Assembly: GCA_963728565.1 (NCBI GenBank) | Contig: CAVSLC010000019.1 | Location: 32,001 to 96,000 of the forward strand | Reading direction: 5' to 3' | Length of the DNA: 64,000 nucleotides | Source: an uncultured delta proteobacterium | Lineage (GTDB): Bacteria; Desulfobacterota; Binatia; UBA9968 | Position numbers and translations under genes: made by a program | Shown: piece after piece, positions 54,082 through 64,000 of the stretch | Position numbering within the stretch: position 1 is the stretch's first letter | Layout: every line of letters begins with the position of its first letter | The notes under the pieces: model-generated | What the model was told of the DNA's origin: nothing | Database searches by the model: none | Seen by the model: only the letters and a program-made list of their open reading frames with translations

Positions 54082-55167
54082 TTAATTCTCCGAGGCGAAA
54101 AGCCTCTGCAGCCTTTTTAGCGCGTTCTCTTTCTCGTTTTTGTCAATTCGCGCTCGCTCCAATGTGCGGCGCAGAAATTCAACTGAGTCGTCGTATAGCT
54201 TGCAATCAACCGGATAGGGATGCCCGTCCTTGCCGCCGTGCGCGAAGCTAAATTTTACCGGGTCTTTCCAGGATGCGGCAGTGCCGTAGGCAAGATCAGC
54301 GATAAGAGTGAGAGCTCGCAAAGTTTTGGCGCCGACTCCCGGCATGCTCAATAGTTCTTCGAAGTTCGCGACTTTACGTTCGTAGGTTTTCAGCAGAATC
54401 TTTTCGATCGACTTCGGGTGAATGTCGCTGACGGAAACTTGATGATGCGAAGGCAACGACAATGTTTGCAGCCGTTGGATTTCGCCGATGAGTTTTTCCG
54501 GCCGCTCATGAGAGAGATCGGCAATCACCGACTGCGCCGCTTGACTCTCCGACGCAACAAGATTGAGCGCCCGCTCTTTGCGCAGATTGCTGCAGATCGC
54601 CGTGTGGGGCTCGAGAGTCATGGTCCGGACGTCTTCGCAGAACCAGTGGTAGCGCCGGGCAAACCGCTCGTTCATGCCTTGCTGCACCACTGCCCAGGAG
54701 CCGTTGAAAGTGCAAAAGAAACTGTGGTGATAAAGCTGGAATCCATCCTGAATTGCGTTGTTATCGATTTTAGCGGTGAGCCGGCTCAGGTAAACCAGGG
54801 CGTCGGCACTGCAATCCAGAGGATATTTCTCGCCTGCGGCGATAATCTCGCCAGGGGTTTTTCGGGAAGTCGCGCCTTTACCGCCGGCGATAAATAAGCC
54901 GAGTTCCTTCTCCCTGCCTTTGAGGCCTTCTTTAAGCGCGCCGCATACCGTGGTGGTCACGCCGGAAGAATGCCAGTCAAAGCCAAGAACGCAACCGAGA
55001 GACTGTAGCCAGTATGGATCGGCTATGCGTCGGAGGAATGCCTGGGGTCCGTCGTTTTCGATTATAAGGCGGGTGATCTCGCGGCCCAGCCTGACCATTC
55101 TTTGAAATAGCCATACAGGCGCCTTGCCGCCGTGGAGCGGGAGTTGAGCAATCCCGGTTTGTCGCAT
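54082..55167 (-). CDS. DUF763 protein
   Basis: LPLHGGKAP, DWHSSGVTT, IAGGKG, VVQQGM, FAHGGKDGHPYPV. Confidence 0.88.
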   Translation of the reverse strand: MRQTGIAQLPLHGGKAPVWLFQRMVRLGREITRLIIENDGPQAFLRRIADPYWLQSLGCVLGFDWHSSGVTTTVCGALKEGLKGREKELGLFIAGGKGATSRKTPGEIIAAGEKYPLDCSADALVYLSRLTAKIDNNAIQDGFQLYHHSFFCTFNGSWAVVQQGMNERFARRYHWFCEDVRTMTLEPHTAICSNLRKERALNLVASESQAAQSVIADLSHERPEKLIGEIQRLQTLSLPSHHQVSVSDIHPKSIEKILLKTYERKVANFEELLSMPGVGAKTLRALTLIADLAYGTAASWKDPVKFSFAHGGKDGHPYPVDCKLYDDSVEFLRRTLERARIDKNEKENALKRLQRLFASEN

Positions 55168-55175
55168 GGCCTACG

Positions 55176-55421
55176 TTATTCATCCGTCTCGCCGAAGTAG
55201 TCTCGTAGAATTCGCTCTTTTATGTAAGAAATTGCTCCCAGATCTTGGATGATATCGCCGCCCGTATCGTAAAAGAAAATATCGCCTTTCTTGTTGCGGC
55301 CGATGGCTACGAGCCATTCAAGTTCGTCACGGTCTTCCAACAGATAATTGATAGCTTGGTTGGCTCCTTTGCTGGCGATGATAGTGACTTTAGGGTTTGC
55401 GGATTTCTTCGGTTGGTTCAT
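55176..55421 (-). CDS. Small hypothetical protein
   Basis: 81-aa ORF with AGGAGG RBS, ending 8 bp before DUF763. Confidence 0.7.
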   Translation of the reverse strand: MNQPKKSANPKVTIIASKGANQAINYLLEDRDELEWLVAIGRNKKGDIFFYDTGGDIIQDLGAISYIKERILRDYFGETDE

Positions 55422-55546
55422 GAAGGCGCCTCCTGAATCGCGATGAGTTTATACCAGAAGATTAAGCTACACAACTTAAGGCTGAGAAATGTCTTTGCGC
55501 GCTTGTCCGCGCAAGTTGCGTCCGGGAAATGATCAGAGGTAAAAGA

Positions 55547-58500
55547 TCACCTGAGAGAAAAATCGACGCGGCTGGGTTTGCCCTTTAGCTTGGCTTTCTC
55601 GTCACTGGTGAGCGGCTTGGCGGGAACAATAGACAGCCGGTCTGCGCTCACCTGCCCGGTCGTCACTAACGCATCTCGCACAGTCTGAGCCCTCTGATTG
55701 GCAAGCTCACGTAAATTCTCCTCGCCAATGATGGCATGCTGGATCATCAGTTTCTCCATTTCTACAACGGGTAAATCGCGCAGCAGGCCGATGGCATTGC
55801 GCGGCTTTGGAAAACTCTCCTGGCGGTATGCTTGTCTTAGGTATTGCGGATACTCGCCGCTTTCGATTTGGACCTCATCAACCGATTTAGGAGCGTCTGC
55901 CTTGCCTGATAGCTCTTGTAATTTCTGTGCCTTCACTTTTCGCTCCATCGAAACCCGTTTAAGCCCATCGACGTCCGTGACCGGATCGGCGCGACCGCTC
56001 AGTTGGAGGCGTAAGGCCGGACGATTGTTCATCGCCTTGGCCAACGTCTCAATCTTGCTTTGAGCAGTTTGGCTGAGGCTGGCGCGACCACTATCGAATT
56101 CAATGTAGCTCAGTTCTTCGCCGCCACCGCTTGCGCCGCCACTGAAGGCGGAGCCGAGAAGCGCGAACGGCGCAGTCACTGCACGAGTGATGATGTTAAT
56201 CACCAGCCGCAGCACGATGCCGCCGATACTGAACTGCGGGTCATCGAGAGAGCCGCTGATTGGAAGGTCGACGTCGATGACGCCGTTTCGATCTTTGAGC
56301 AATGCCACCGCGAGCAACACCGGTAGCTTGGTGGCTTGGGGGCTCTCGACCCTCTCGCCGAAGGTCAGCTGATTAAGAATAATTTTGTTTTGGGCGGTTA
56401 ATTTACGGTCTTCGACCTTGTATTTGACATTGAACGAGAGCTTGCCTGATTCGATCCCATAACCGACGTATTTTCCGGAGTAAGGTGAAAGCGGATTCAT
56501 TTCAATCTCGCGAGCGTCGGCGACGATGTCTAAAAACAGCTCTTTACCCAGCGGGTTGATTTTGCCGTCGATATCGACGGGCGCAGATCCATCCAATTTA
56601 GCTTGAATGTCGATATCGCCCGGGGCTTCCGGTTTGAGCTCTGAAATGGTTCCCTGCACATCGGTCAGGTTAGCCGAATAGTTGGGTTTGACCAGGAAGT
56701 CGCTGAAATTGATATTGCCGCCGTGAAGATTGATTTTGCCGATGGTGACCCGCTTCTCAGTACCCGCTGTACCCGCGGCGGGGGTGGCAGCTGCCTGCGC
56801 TGCTGGGGTCTCCTCTTGGTTCTGCGCCTTAGGCGCGGTTAGGTTTTGCAAATTGATCTTGCCGTCGGGACCGATGATCAGGCGCGAATAGAAATCGGTG
56901 ATGTCGATTTGACCGATGCGCACTTGCAGCGGTTCTGATGTCAACTCGAACTGATGGAGCCCGAGGTTCCTCCATTTCACCAAATCCTGTTTATTGTCCT
57001 TTTCTATACTGGCGAAATCATAGAGCTCTATTCCGCCCTGATAATCTGCTTTTGCCGGAGCGTTGCCGCCGCGAGCTAACGCAAAGCTGCCCTTTGTGCT
57101 GATTCGCCCCCCGGTCAATATAAAATTGACCTGATCGCCGAAGTAAGGCTGCAGAGACAGAACATCGATATCGTAGGCCTCGACTGCGAGCTTAGCCGCG
57201 ACCGGATTGGTGGACGCGGTACCGTTCAACCGCAATGAACCATTTTTGTTGATGCGAGTACGCAGCCTGGTCTTACCAAATTGATTTTTCGCGTTTGAGA
57301 AGTTATCGATGCGGACGAAAAGATCGGACAGGGCGAACTTCGCCGGAGCGGCGGCGCCGCGGTCGTCGACGTCGATTTTGAAGCTATCCAGAGCAATCTG
57401 TTTGGCTTCCACCTTCCACTCGGTCTCGTCGTTTTTTATCGGCTCTTTAACAGGGGCCGTGGATGATTGGGCCTTCACAATGCGTGCATAGTTCAGAGTG
57501 CCATCTTTATCCCGCTGGACGTGCCCGATGCCATCTTTGCCGTGGATCGCGCCGATGACGACTGTTTTACCTGAGACGTCGACGCTACCGTCTTTAATGT
57601 TCAATGATGGAATGCGCCAAAGCGGTTCCGGGTGCCCCGGGAAATCCAACCGCGCCGTTCTTAGATTGGCATTCAAATTGGTGAACTTTAGATCCGATCC
57701 ATCGTCTTTAGCTTCGAATCTGTATTGAGTGGTGAGGTCTAATAAGCCTTCCTTGATCTCCAGGGCCAAGGCATTCTGGTAATACGGGCTTAGATTTCCT
57801 GGCTTAAAACTCTCGATAGCTACTTTTCCTTCCGCCACAAACGGCGCCAGCTGGATTTTGCCAGTTTGACTGACCCGCTCTTTCGCATCCGATTCAAACG
57901 AGACTTCCACATCGGCCTCTTTGGTCGGCTCATTGGTCAATCCCTTTACTGCGATGCGAATGTTATCGAGGCGGGTCTTATAGGGCCGCTGCAAAGTCTC
58001 ATCGATGAAGTGCAGGGTGCCCGAATCGATCAGAATGTCATCAACTTCGTAGCCTAGCGGTTTAGTGTTTTTCGTGGATTCGACGGAAGGCGTTTTCGGC
58101 GAGCTCGTTATCAAATCGGCGGTATTCAAAGATCCATCGCGATTTCGCGCTAGATGTAACTCCAGGCCGTGAGCTTTGATCGATTTTAAGCGCGTCTTAT
58201 GGTTGAGTACGTCGATCGACTCGACTACTACGTCGAGGTTGGCAATCGTGCCAAATGGCGTGCCGCCATTTTTCTCGACTGTAAGCTCCGTTAGTGCCAG
58301 GTTACCGGTGATCGTGAATACCGACGGACTCTCCTTGGCGGTCTTAAAGGATGCATTGAGCTTGCCGTTCAGTTCGCCGGAAGGAACTTTAAAATTCAGA
58401 GCTACTGGCGAATATTCGAGATACTTGTTGATCTGCAGTTTGTCGATGTTCAAATCGACTGTGCTTTCGTGAGAGCTGTGAAATGGCTTGGAGGCTCCGC

Positions 58501-59152
58501 CGATATGCAAAGGGGCCCCATTGATATTTGCCGAGAACGAAGGTTTGACGAAGATATCCGTATAGGACGGCAGGCTGGAGATAAACGGCACGCCGATATT
58601 GATCGATGAAATCAAATGCTTGGTCTGCTCAGGCCGGTCGTCGAATTCAATTCGGCCATCGATCAACTGAATGTTGTTCAAGGCGAACTTCGGCGTTGGA
58701 CCACCGGACGGTCCCGTGGCTAGGTCTTCGATTATATCCTGGAAGTTGTACTTAAAATCCTCGTTGCGCACGAGATTGACGTAAGGCTTTAGCAGACGAA
58801 GCTCTTTGATTACCGGACTCAGACGGAAAATAGATCGCAGTTCCAGGTTGACGTGCAGCTCATCAAAGGATACCGCGGTGGCTTGGCTCTGACGCTCTTT
58901 CATCAGAAAACCGCGTATGGTCGCGGTCATGGCGTAGGGATTCAAACGGATCTGCTCGATGGTGACTTCGCGGTGCAATTTTTGCGAGAGGTCGCCGGCT
59001 ATTTTGCCGCGTAGTAGCGGCGGCGCAACTAATCCCAGCAGCACACCAAAGGCGACAACGAGGGAGACCGTCCAAATGGCGATTTTGCGGGTACGCGGAT
59101 GAACGGTGAAATCGCGCCCCCGACTGAAGAGCTGCGTTGCGTTAAATGCCAT
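55547..59152 (-). CDS. DUF748 repeat protein with OmpA-like C-terminus
   Basis: N-terminal TM; SPYSGKYVGY, LPVLLAVALLKDRNG, IDVDLPISGSLDDPQF, LANQRA. Confidence 0.88.
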   Translation of the reverse strand: MAFNATQLFSRGRDFTVHPRTRKIAIWTVSLVVAFGVLLGLVAPPLLRGKIAGDLSQKLHREVTIEQIRLNPYAMTATIRGFLMKERQSQATAVSFDELHVNLELRSIFRLSPVIKELRLLKPYVNLVRNEDFKYNFQDIIEDLATGPSGGPTPKFALNNIQLIDGRIEFDDRPEQTKHLISSINIGVPFISSLPSYTDIFVKPSFSANINGAPLHIGGASKPFHSSHESTVDLNIDKLQINKYLEYSPVALNFKVPSGELNGKLNASFKTAKESPSVFTITGNLALTELTVEKNGGTPFGTIANLDVVVESIDVLNHKTRLKSIKAHGLELHLARNRDGSLNTADLITSSPKTPSVESTKNTKPLGYEVDDILIDSGTLHFIDETLQRPYKTRLDNIRIAVKGLTNEPTKEADVEVSFESDAKERVSQTGKIQLAPFVAEGKVAIESFKPGNLSPYYQNALALEIKEGLLDLTTQYRFEAKDDGSDLKFTNLNANLRTARLDFPGHPEPLWRIPSLNIKDGSVDVSGKTVVIGAIHGKDGIGHVQRDKDGTLNYARIVKAQSSTAPVKEPIKNDETEWKVEAKQIALDSFKIDVDDRGAAAPAKFALSDLFVRIDNFSNAKNQFGKTRLRTRINKNGSLRLNGTASTNPVAAKLAVEAYDIDVLSLQPYFGDQVNFILTGGRISTKGSFALARGGNAPAKADYQGGIELYDFASIEKDNKQDLVKWRNLGLHQFELTSEPLQVRIGQIDITDFYSRLIIGPDGKINLQNLTAPKAQNQEETPAAQAAATPAAGTAGTEKRVTIGKINLHGGNINFSDFLVKPNYSANLTDVQGTISELKPEAPGDIDIQAKLDGSAPVDIDGKINPLGKELFLDIVADAREIEMNPLSPYSGKYVGYGIESGKLSFNVKYKVEDRKLTAQNKIILNQLTFGERVESPQATKLPVLLAVALLKDRNGVIDVDLPISGSLDDPQFSIGGIVLRLVINIITRAVTAPFALLGSAFSGGASGGGEELSYIEFDSGRASLSQTAQSKIETLAKAMNNRPALRLQLSGRADPVTDVDGLKRVSMERKVKAQKLQELSGKADAPKSVDEVQIESGEYPQYLRQAYRQESFPKPRNAIGLLRDLPVVEMEKLMIQHAIIGEENLRELANQRAQTVRDALVTTGQVSADRLSIVPAKPLTSDEKAKLKGKPSRVDFSLR

Positions 59153-59311
59153 TGGTAAAAAATAGCTTTTAGAACTAGCGGGATATTACTCTAGCAAGTA
59201 AGGCTTGTCCACGAAGAGACGCTGATTTGGTAGCCGAAACGGACGATGTCGGGGATGCTCGATGAGGCGTCTAATTCTCGCAAAGTTTTTTGGTGCTGAT
59301 CGCTGACCGGA

Positions 59312-59752
59312 TTATCCTGCTGCCTTTATCTCCTCGAGTATCGAAAGATAGAGGCTAGGCAGCTTCCAATGTTTGGCACCTTCTAAAATCAATTGCTTGT
59401 ATTCGGCATTGGGCAATGGCACATCGAGCTCCAGTTCGGCGACATAAACCAGCGCCTGAAGCGGCGCCTCGCCGCCGCTTAGGCCAAAAACCGGCAAAAT
59501 CTCGCGGCGATAACCGTCTTCAAAGCTATCCAACCTGAGCAAATCCTCATCACAGATGTCGTATACGGCGCCCCAAACTTCCTTGCCCCGGGCTGCAATC
59601 ACATTGGCCGTGCCGCAGTTGCGCAAGCGCGAATGGCGGGTGATGCTGAATTGATAATCCGGCAACCTGGCGATGCAAATGAAACGTGACGACGGGCAAC
59701 GACGTTGCATCTGTGGCCAGTTCAGATTCGAGCCGTAGGCAAAATAATACAC
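59312..59752 (-). CDS. Gamma-glutamylcyclotransferase family
   Basis: YFAYGSNL, VWGAVY, LDSFE; GTG start after AGGAGGA. Confidence 0.88.
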   Translation of the reverse strand: MYYFAYGSNLNWPQMQRRCPSSRFICIARLPDYQFSITRHSRLRNCGTANVIAARGKEVWGAVYDICDEDLLRLDSFEDGYRREILPVFGLSGGEAPLQALVYVAELELDVPLPNAEYKQLILEGAKHWKLPSLYLSILEEIKAAG

Positions 59753-59872
59753 TGACCCTATCCTCCTATTCGTATCCCGTAACAAACAATTATGTGGCGC
59801 CAAAGAGAGTTGTCAACAGAGGCGAGATCAGTGATGGAGTTCCGCCGAAGGCAGTCATTAACGACAGTTGTA

Positions 59873-61174
59873 TTATTCTTTGCTCGACGGTTCCATTGGC
59901 GGTTTAGCAAACAAGATCAAAAACGCGCATGCGAATAGAGCGCAGGAAAAGATCGTGAAGGATATATTGTAACTGCCCATGCGATCGTGAAGAAATCCGA
60001 AGAAAGGCGCACCGCTAGCCGCGAATAGATGAGAAAAGAATAGCGACAGTCCGCGCACCTTCCCTAGAGACGCGCGGCCGAAGAAATTAGCCCAGATCAC
60101 TTCACGCAGAACAAAGCTCCCCGCCAATCCGGTGCCATAGAGAAAAAACCCCACATAAACGAGACGAATATCGACGTTAACTATGGCGATCACCAGTCCT
60201 ACTCCCTGGATCAAGAACTGGATGCAGGATACCTTCCTAAGATCGAATCTGTCCGCGAGTACGCCCCAAACAAGGGTGGAGCCGAGTTGAGTCAGCGCTA
60301 TTGTGCTCATAAAAGAAGCCGCGATCAGCGGTGAGTAGCCGATATCTGTGACGTAAGAAAAAATGTGCAGATTGAGACCGGCGATACCGACACTGGCGAT
60401 ACCGAAGGTGACTACGAGAAGCCAAAATACCGGCAATCGCACGACCTCGGACCGGCTCCATGAGGCTTCACTGAACAGACTTCTTGGTCGGGCAATTGAG
60501 GATCTTTGACCGTTAGCTGGCAATAGTTCAGAGCTTTGAGCCGACGCTGCTCCGTCCGGCTGAAGTCCCATGTCCTCGGGTCGTCTACGTACAAAGATCA
60601 GCGCCGGCGCCACCACCAGAATAGGCGCGATGATGCCGAATACCGCCCAGGTGCCGCGCCAACCGACTAGGACAAACAACGATGCCGCGATCAGCGGTAT
60701 GCCGAGCTTGGCAATGCCGGTTCCCAAGTTGGCGATGCCCATGGCGCGTCCGCGGTTGCGCACGAACCACTGAGCGATGGTGACGTTGATGACCAAGGAG
60801 CCCAATAAAGCTTCCCCGGCGATTACAAGCGAGCAGCGCACCAGAACAAACTGCCAGAAACTATGCACCAGGCTGGAAAGCAACAAGCCCGTCCCCTCCA
60901 TCAGTACTCCGACGACGAGGATGCCCCGTCCGCCGTGCCGATCGAGCCACGGGCCCAGGAGCGGCACGATCATAGCGGCGATGCCGATCTCGAAAGTGCG
61001 GATCAACGAAAATGCGCCGCGTGTAACTCCCAACTCCTCAGTGATCGGCTTGAGAAAAATGCTCAACGTGCTCGAGAAGGCAAATGTTCCGGCGATGTTG
61101 ACCAAGATCGCGACTCCAACGATGTACCAACCGTAGAAGAATCGCCGCCGCTTCGGCTGTAGATGGCTGGTCAT
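59873..61174 (-). CDS. MFS transporter
   Basis: FFYGW, GPWLDRHGGR, WFVRNRGRAMG; multiple TM segments. Confidence 0.88.
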   Translation of the reverse strand: MTSHLQPKRRRFFYGWYIVGVAILVNIAGTFAFSSTLSIFLKPITEELGVTRGAFSLIRTFEIGIAAMIVPLLGPWLDRHGGRGILVVGVLMEGTGLLLSSLVHSFWQFVLVRCSLVIAGEALLGSLVINVTIAQWFVRNRGRAMGIANLGTGIAKLGIPLIAASLFVLVGWRGTWAVFGIIAPILVVAPALIFVRRRPEDMGLQPDGAASAQSSELLPANGQRSSIARPRSLFSEASWSRSEVVRLPVFWLLVVTFGIASVGIAGLNLHIFSYVTDIGYSPLIAASFMSTIALTQLGSTLVWGVLADRFDLRKVSCIQFLIQGVGLVIAIVNVDIRLVYVGFFLYGTGLAGSFVLREVIWANFFGRASLGKVRGLSLFFSHLFAASGAPFFGFLHDRMGSYNISFTIFSCALFACAFLILFAKPPMEPSSKE

Positions 61175-61444
61175 AGTCAGGCGAGGTGCTGTTAGCGCTC
61201 AGGTCAACCGGGTGTGGGAAGAGTTACTTGGACAGACTACTTGAATAGATGTGGTGCGCGAACCAAACCGCATCCGGATCTCAACGTGCTTAATGAGCCG
61301 ACGGTCATATCATCGATAAACATCCGGTCGTCTGATATGACAACAGCACTAGCCCGGTGTCAACAACCGCGCGCGCGTGAAGGCTTTGAAAAAAATCCTT
61401 CCACGGCAATAACTATGGCGGCGCCGACCGCTTGGAGGTAGCCA

Positions 61445-62524
61445 ATGCTCATTTTATCGAACGAGGATATTGAGAAGATTCTGCCGGTGGGCGCTTGTCT
61501 CGAAGTCCTAGAAGAGGCCTATCGCGATCTCGGCAGTGGCATGGCAGCGACGGTGCCGCGCTATGATGTTTTCAGTCCGACCAAGCCAAATGAATTCTAC
61601 GAATACAAAACCATGAGCGGTGTTCTGCCGAATCGCAAAATCGCGGCATTGCGCCTCAATTCAAGCGTGGTTACGTGGTACGAAAAGGCTGGCGGCATGC
61701 GCAAAGATAAGCTTCCAGTTGCCGGGGGCGATCGTTACGTTGGCCTGGTCATGCTTTTCAGCACTGAAACCGGTGAGCCGCTGGCGATTTTTCCCGACGG
61801 TTATGTGCAGAAACTCCGCGTCGCAGGGGCCAGCGCAATCGCCGCGCGTCATCTCGCGCGCAAGAACGCATCTGTGATGGCGCTGCTCGGAAGCGGGTGG
61901 CAAGCCAGCGCTCATCTAATTACGCTTAGTTTGGTGCGTGATCTCAAGAAAGTCAGGGTCTTCAGCCCCAACGCAGACTCCCGGCGTCGTTTCCTGGATG
62001 AGTGGAGCAACAATATTTCCGCGGAACTAGTCGAAGCCGGTAGCGCCGCTGAGGCCATCGACGGCGCGGATATCGTTACCTGCACCACGAATTCAATTTC
62101 CGCTCTGTTCCCTGGTGAGTTGCTCAAGCCGGGCGTCCATGTATCCTGCGTCAAGCCTTGCGAGCTGGACGCGTCCACATACCAGCGATCGGACCCGCTC
62201 ATCATCCACTGGAAAGAGGCCAAGCCGTTTCAAATCGTCATTGGCGGCGTCGATCCGCAATCGATTCCGGATGTCGCCGAAGGATGGCCGCATCCGCTTA
62301 CACGGGAAGATACTCCGCTGTGGGACTTGCCGACGATTTCGCAGTTAGTAAACGGGCAGCATCCGGGAAGAACCAACGACCAGGCGATCAGCTGTTTTTG
62401 TAATAACGTAGGTCTCGGCTTGCAGTTCGCCGCAGTTGGCAGCGAAGTGCTGGCGCGTGCTCGGGAGGCCCGAGTGGGACGAGAGATTCCGACCGATTGG
62501 TTTTTGGAATCGGTTCACCCATAG
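61445..62524 (+). CDS. Ornithine cyclodeaminase/mu-crystallin family
   Basis: TGEPLA, LRVAGAS, LGSGWQA, ADIVTCTT, GLGLQ. Confidence 0.88.
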   Translation: MLILSNEDIEKILPVGACLEVLEEAYRDLGSGMAATVPRYDVFSPTKPNEFYEYKTMSGVLPNRKIAALRLNSSVVTWYEKAGGMRKDKLPVAGGDRYVGLVMLFSTETGEPLAIFPDGYVQKLRVAGASAIAARHLARKNASVMALLGSGWQASAHLITLSLVRDLKKVRVFSPNADSRRRFLDEWSNNISAELVEAGSAAEAIDGADIVTCTTNSISALFPGELLKPGVHVSCVKPCELDASTYQRSDPLIIHWKEAKPFQIVIGGVDPQSIPDVAEGWPHPLTREDTPLWDLPTISQLVNGQHPGRTNDQAISCFCNNVGLGLQFAAVGSEVLARAREARVGREIPTDWFLESVHP

Positions 62525-62672
62525 GGGTCCGGCATCAGGTGTTGGGTGTTAAAGTCGACTTCCGCTTTGCGCTTGATCCGAGATCGTTCATTCGGCGGCT
62601 GCGTGAGCTATCGAGACCGAAATCTGCTCGCGCAATCCAAAGCCCCAAATCCCAAAGCCATTTCACAACGAG

Positions 62673-63671
62673 GTGCTCGTGAAGATAAAGATAGCATGTT
62701 TCGCATTGCTGCTAGCCTGCGGCACCAAGCCTTGGTCTGGGATCGCACAGACCATCAAACTTAATGTTGCCTATCCGACCACCGTCGGTTCCATGGCTGT
62801 GCTTTGGGTCACCAAAGAAGCGCGACTTTTCGAGAAGCACGGACTGCAAGTCGAGCTTATCTACATCGGCGGCAGCTCCAAGGTTGTTCAAGCCATGTTG
62901 GCTAGAGAGATCCCGATCGCGGAGATCGCAATTCCAGCGGTGATTCAGGCCAATTTGGCAGGCGCTGACTTGGTAATGCTTGCCGGGCCTAATCACAAGC
63001 CCGGGCAGAAAATCATGGTCAGGCCGGAGATAAAGAAACCGGAGGAGCTAAAGGGTAAAAAGATCGGCGTGACGCGTTTCGGTACATCGGACGATTTTCT
63101 CTTGCGTTACGTATTGGGACAATGGGGGATAGCGCCCGACCGGGAGGTGGCGCTAATTCAGATGGGCGGCTCACAAGAGACATTGGCTGGAATGATCGCC
63201 AAAAGCGTTGACGGGGGCTTACTGTCATCGCCGCTACATCTCCGGGCCGGCAAGCTGGGTTTTTCTATGTTGGCGGACCTGAGCGCCATCGGTGTTGATT
63301 ATCAGGGCGCCGGTGTGGTTACCACACAGCGCTATCTCGGTGAAAATCCGGAAACGGTTCGTCGCTACTTGCGCGCGTATGTCGAAGGTTTGCATCGGTT
63401 GAAGACCGATAAAGCCTTTTCCATGAAGGTTATCGGTAAGTATTCGCGCATCAGCGAAGCGGATGCCCTGGAAGAGACCTACCAGCATTATGCGGTCAAA
63501 GTGATGCCGCGGGTGCCGTATCCAACCACCAAAGGCATTCAGATGGTGCTTGATGAGATGAGCTCGCGAAATCCAAAGGCTAAAAGTCTTCAGCCCGGCA
63601 GCTTTATCGATGTGGCGAATTTGCGAGAGCTCGAGCAGAGCGGCTTTATCAAGAATCTGTATGGTGAGTGA
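62673..63671 (+). CDS. NitT/TauT ABC substrate-binding protein
   Basis: LWVTKEARLFEKHGL, LKGKKIGVTRFG, PYPTTKGIQ. Confidence 0.85.
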   Translation: MLVKIKIACFALLLACGTKPWSGIAQTIKLNVAYPTTVGSMAVLWVTKEARLFEKHGLQVELIYIGGSSKVVQAMLAREIPIAEIAIPAVIQANLAGADLVMLAGPNHKPGQKIMVRPEIKKPEELKGKKIGVTRFGTSDDFLLRYVLGQWGIAPDREVALIQMGGSQETLAGMIAKSVDGGLLSSPLHLRAGKLGFSMLADLSAIGVDYQGAGVVTTQRYLGENPETVRRYLRAYVEGLHRLKTDKAFSMKVIGKYSRISEADALEETYQHYAVKVMPRVPYPTTKGIQMVLDEMSSRNPKAKSLQPGSFIDVANLRELEQSGFIKNLYGE

Positions 63672-63841
63672 CGCCGGCCTGACTGATCCTTGATCTAGAG
63701 ATTGAACTTTGAATATTAAACCGTTCTTCCAACCTCATTAGATTCACACGATCGATAATAGGCCCCCGCGGAAGTGATCGTTGCTTCAACCGAGCTTTCT
63801 TCTTGATTCCGATGCGGAAACTGCGCAAACTCCCACGTAGT

Positions 63842-64000
63842 ATGGATTTGCCGAGAAAATTTAAACAAACGATCGAGAAACAGCGGATGCTGTCTCCTGG
63901 CCAGCGGATTTTAGTCGCTGTCTCGGGCGGGCCGGATTCTGTAGCGCTGCTTTATCTTCTCTATGATCTGCGCGAAGAATTTGAGCTTACAATCGAAGTT
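63842..64000 (+). CDS. tilS: tRNA(Ile)-lysidine synthetase, 5' part
   Basis: Manual translation MDLPRKFKQTIEKQRMLSPGQRILVAVSGGPDSVALL; PP-loop SGGPDS. Confidence 0.8.
   Translation, partial: MDLPRKFKQTIEKQRMLSPGQRILVAVSGGPDSVALLYLLYDLREEFELTIEV

Overview
Gene-dense bacterial window of about 55 CDS plus tRNA-Ser(TGA). Several orphan NitT/TauT (NMT1-like) and Bug-type substrate-binding proteins and amidohydrolases suggest a Candidatus Binatia/Deltaproteobacteria-like MAG (inference only). Housekeeping genes are gatCAB, rnhB, yraN, serS, ilvA, mltA and a partial tilS. Main points of interest: (1) a roughly 8 kb minus-strand locus (21507-29415) encoding a MshEN-AAA ATPase, an atypical sigma54 activator, a sigma54 promoter, two hypotheticals, a DUF4388 protein, an output-less HAMP protein and an SBP-LysM fusion; (2) a glutaredoxin-like gene with an in-frame UGA in a UxxC motif and a SECIS-like hairpin (49713-49955), missed by the ORF track; (3) a cysteine hydrolase, LeuC/LeuD-like hydratase and ICL/PEPM lyase operon with altered active-site motifs; (4) three sigma54 -24/-12 sites; (5) a DUF3015 plus DUF4105/Lnb-like pair. 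About a dozen apparent single-base frameshifts split genes and are probably sequencing errors. Family assignments come from motif recognition by eye, not database searches.
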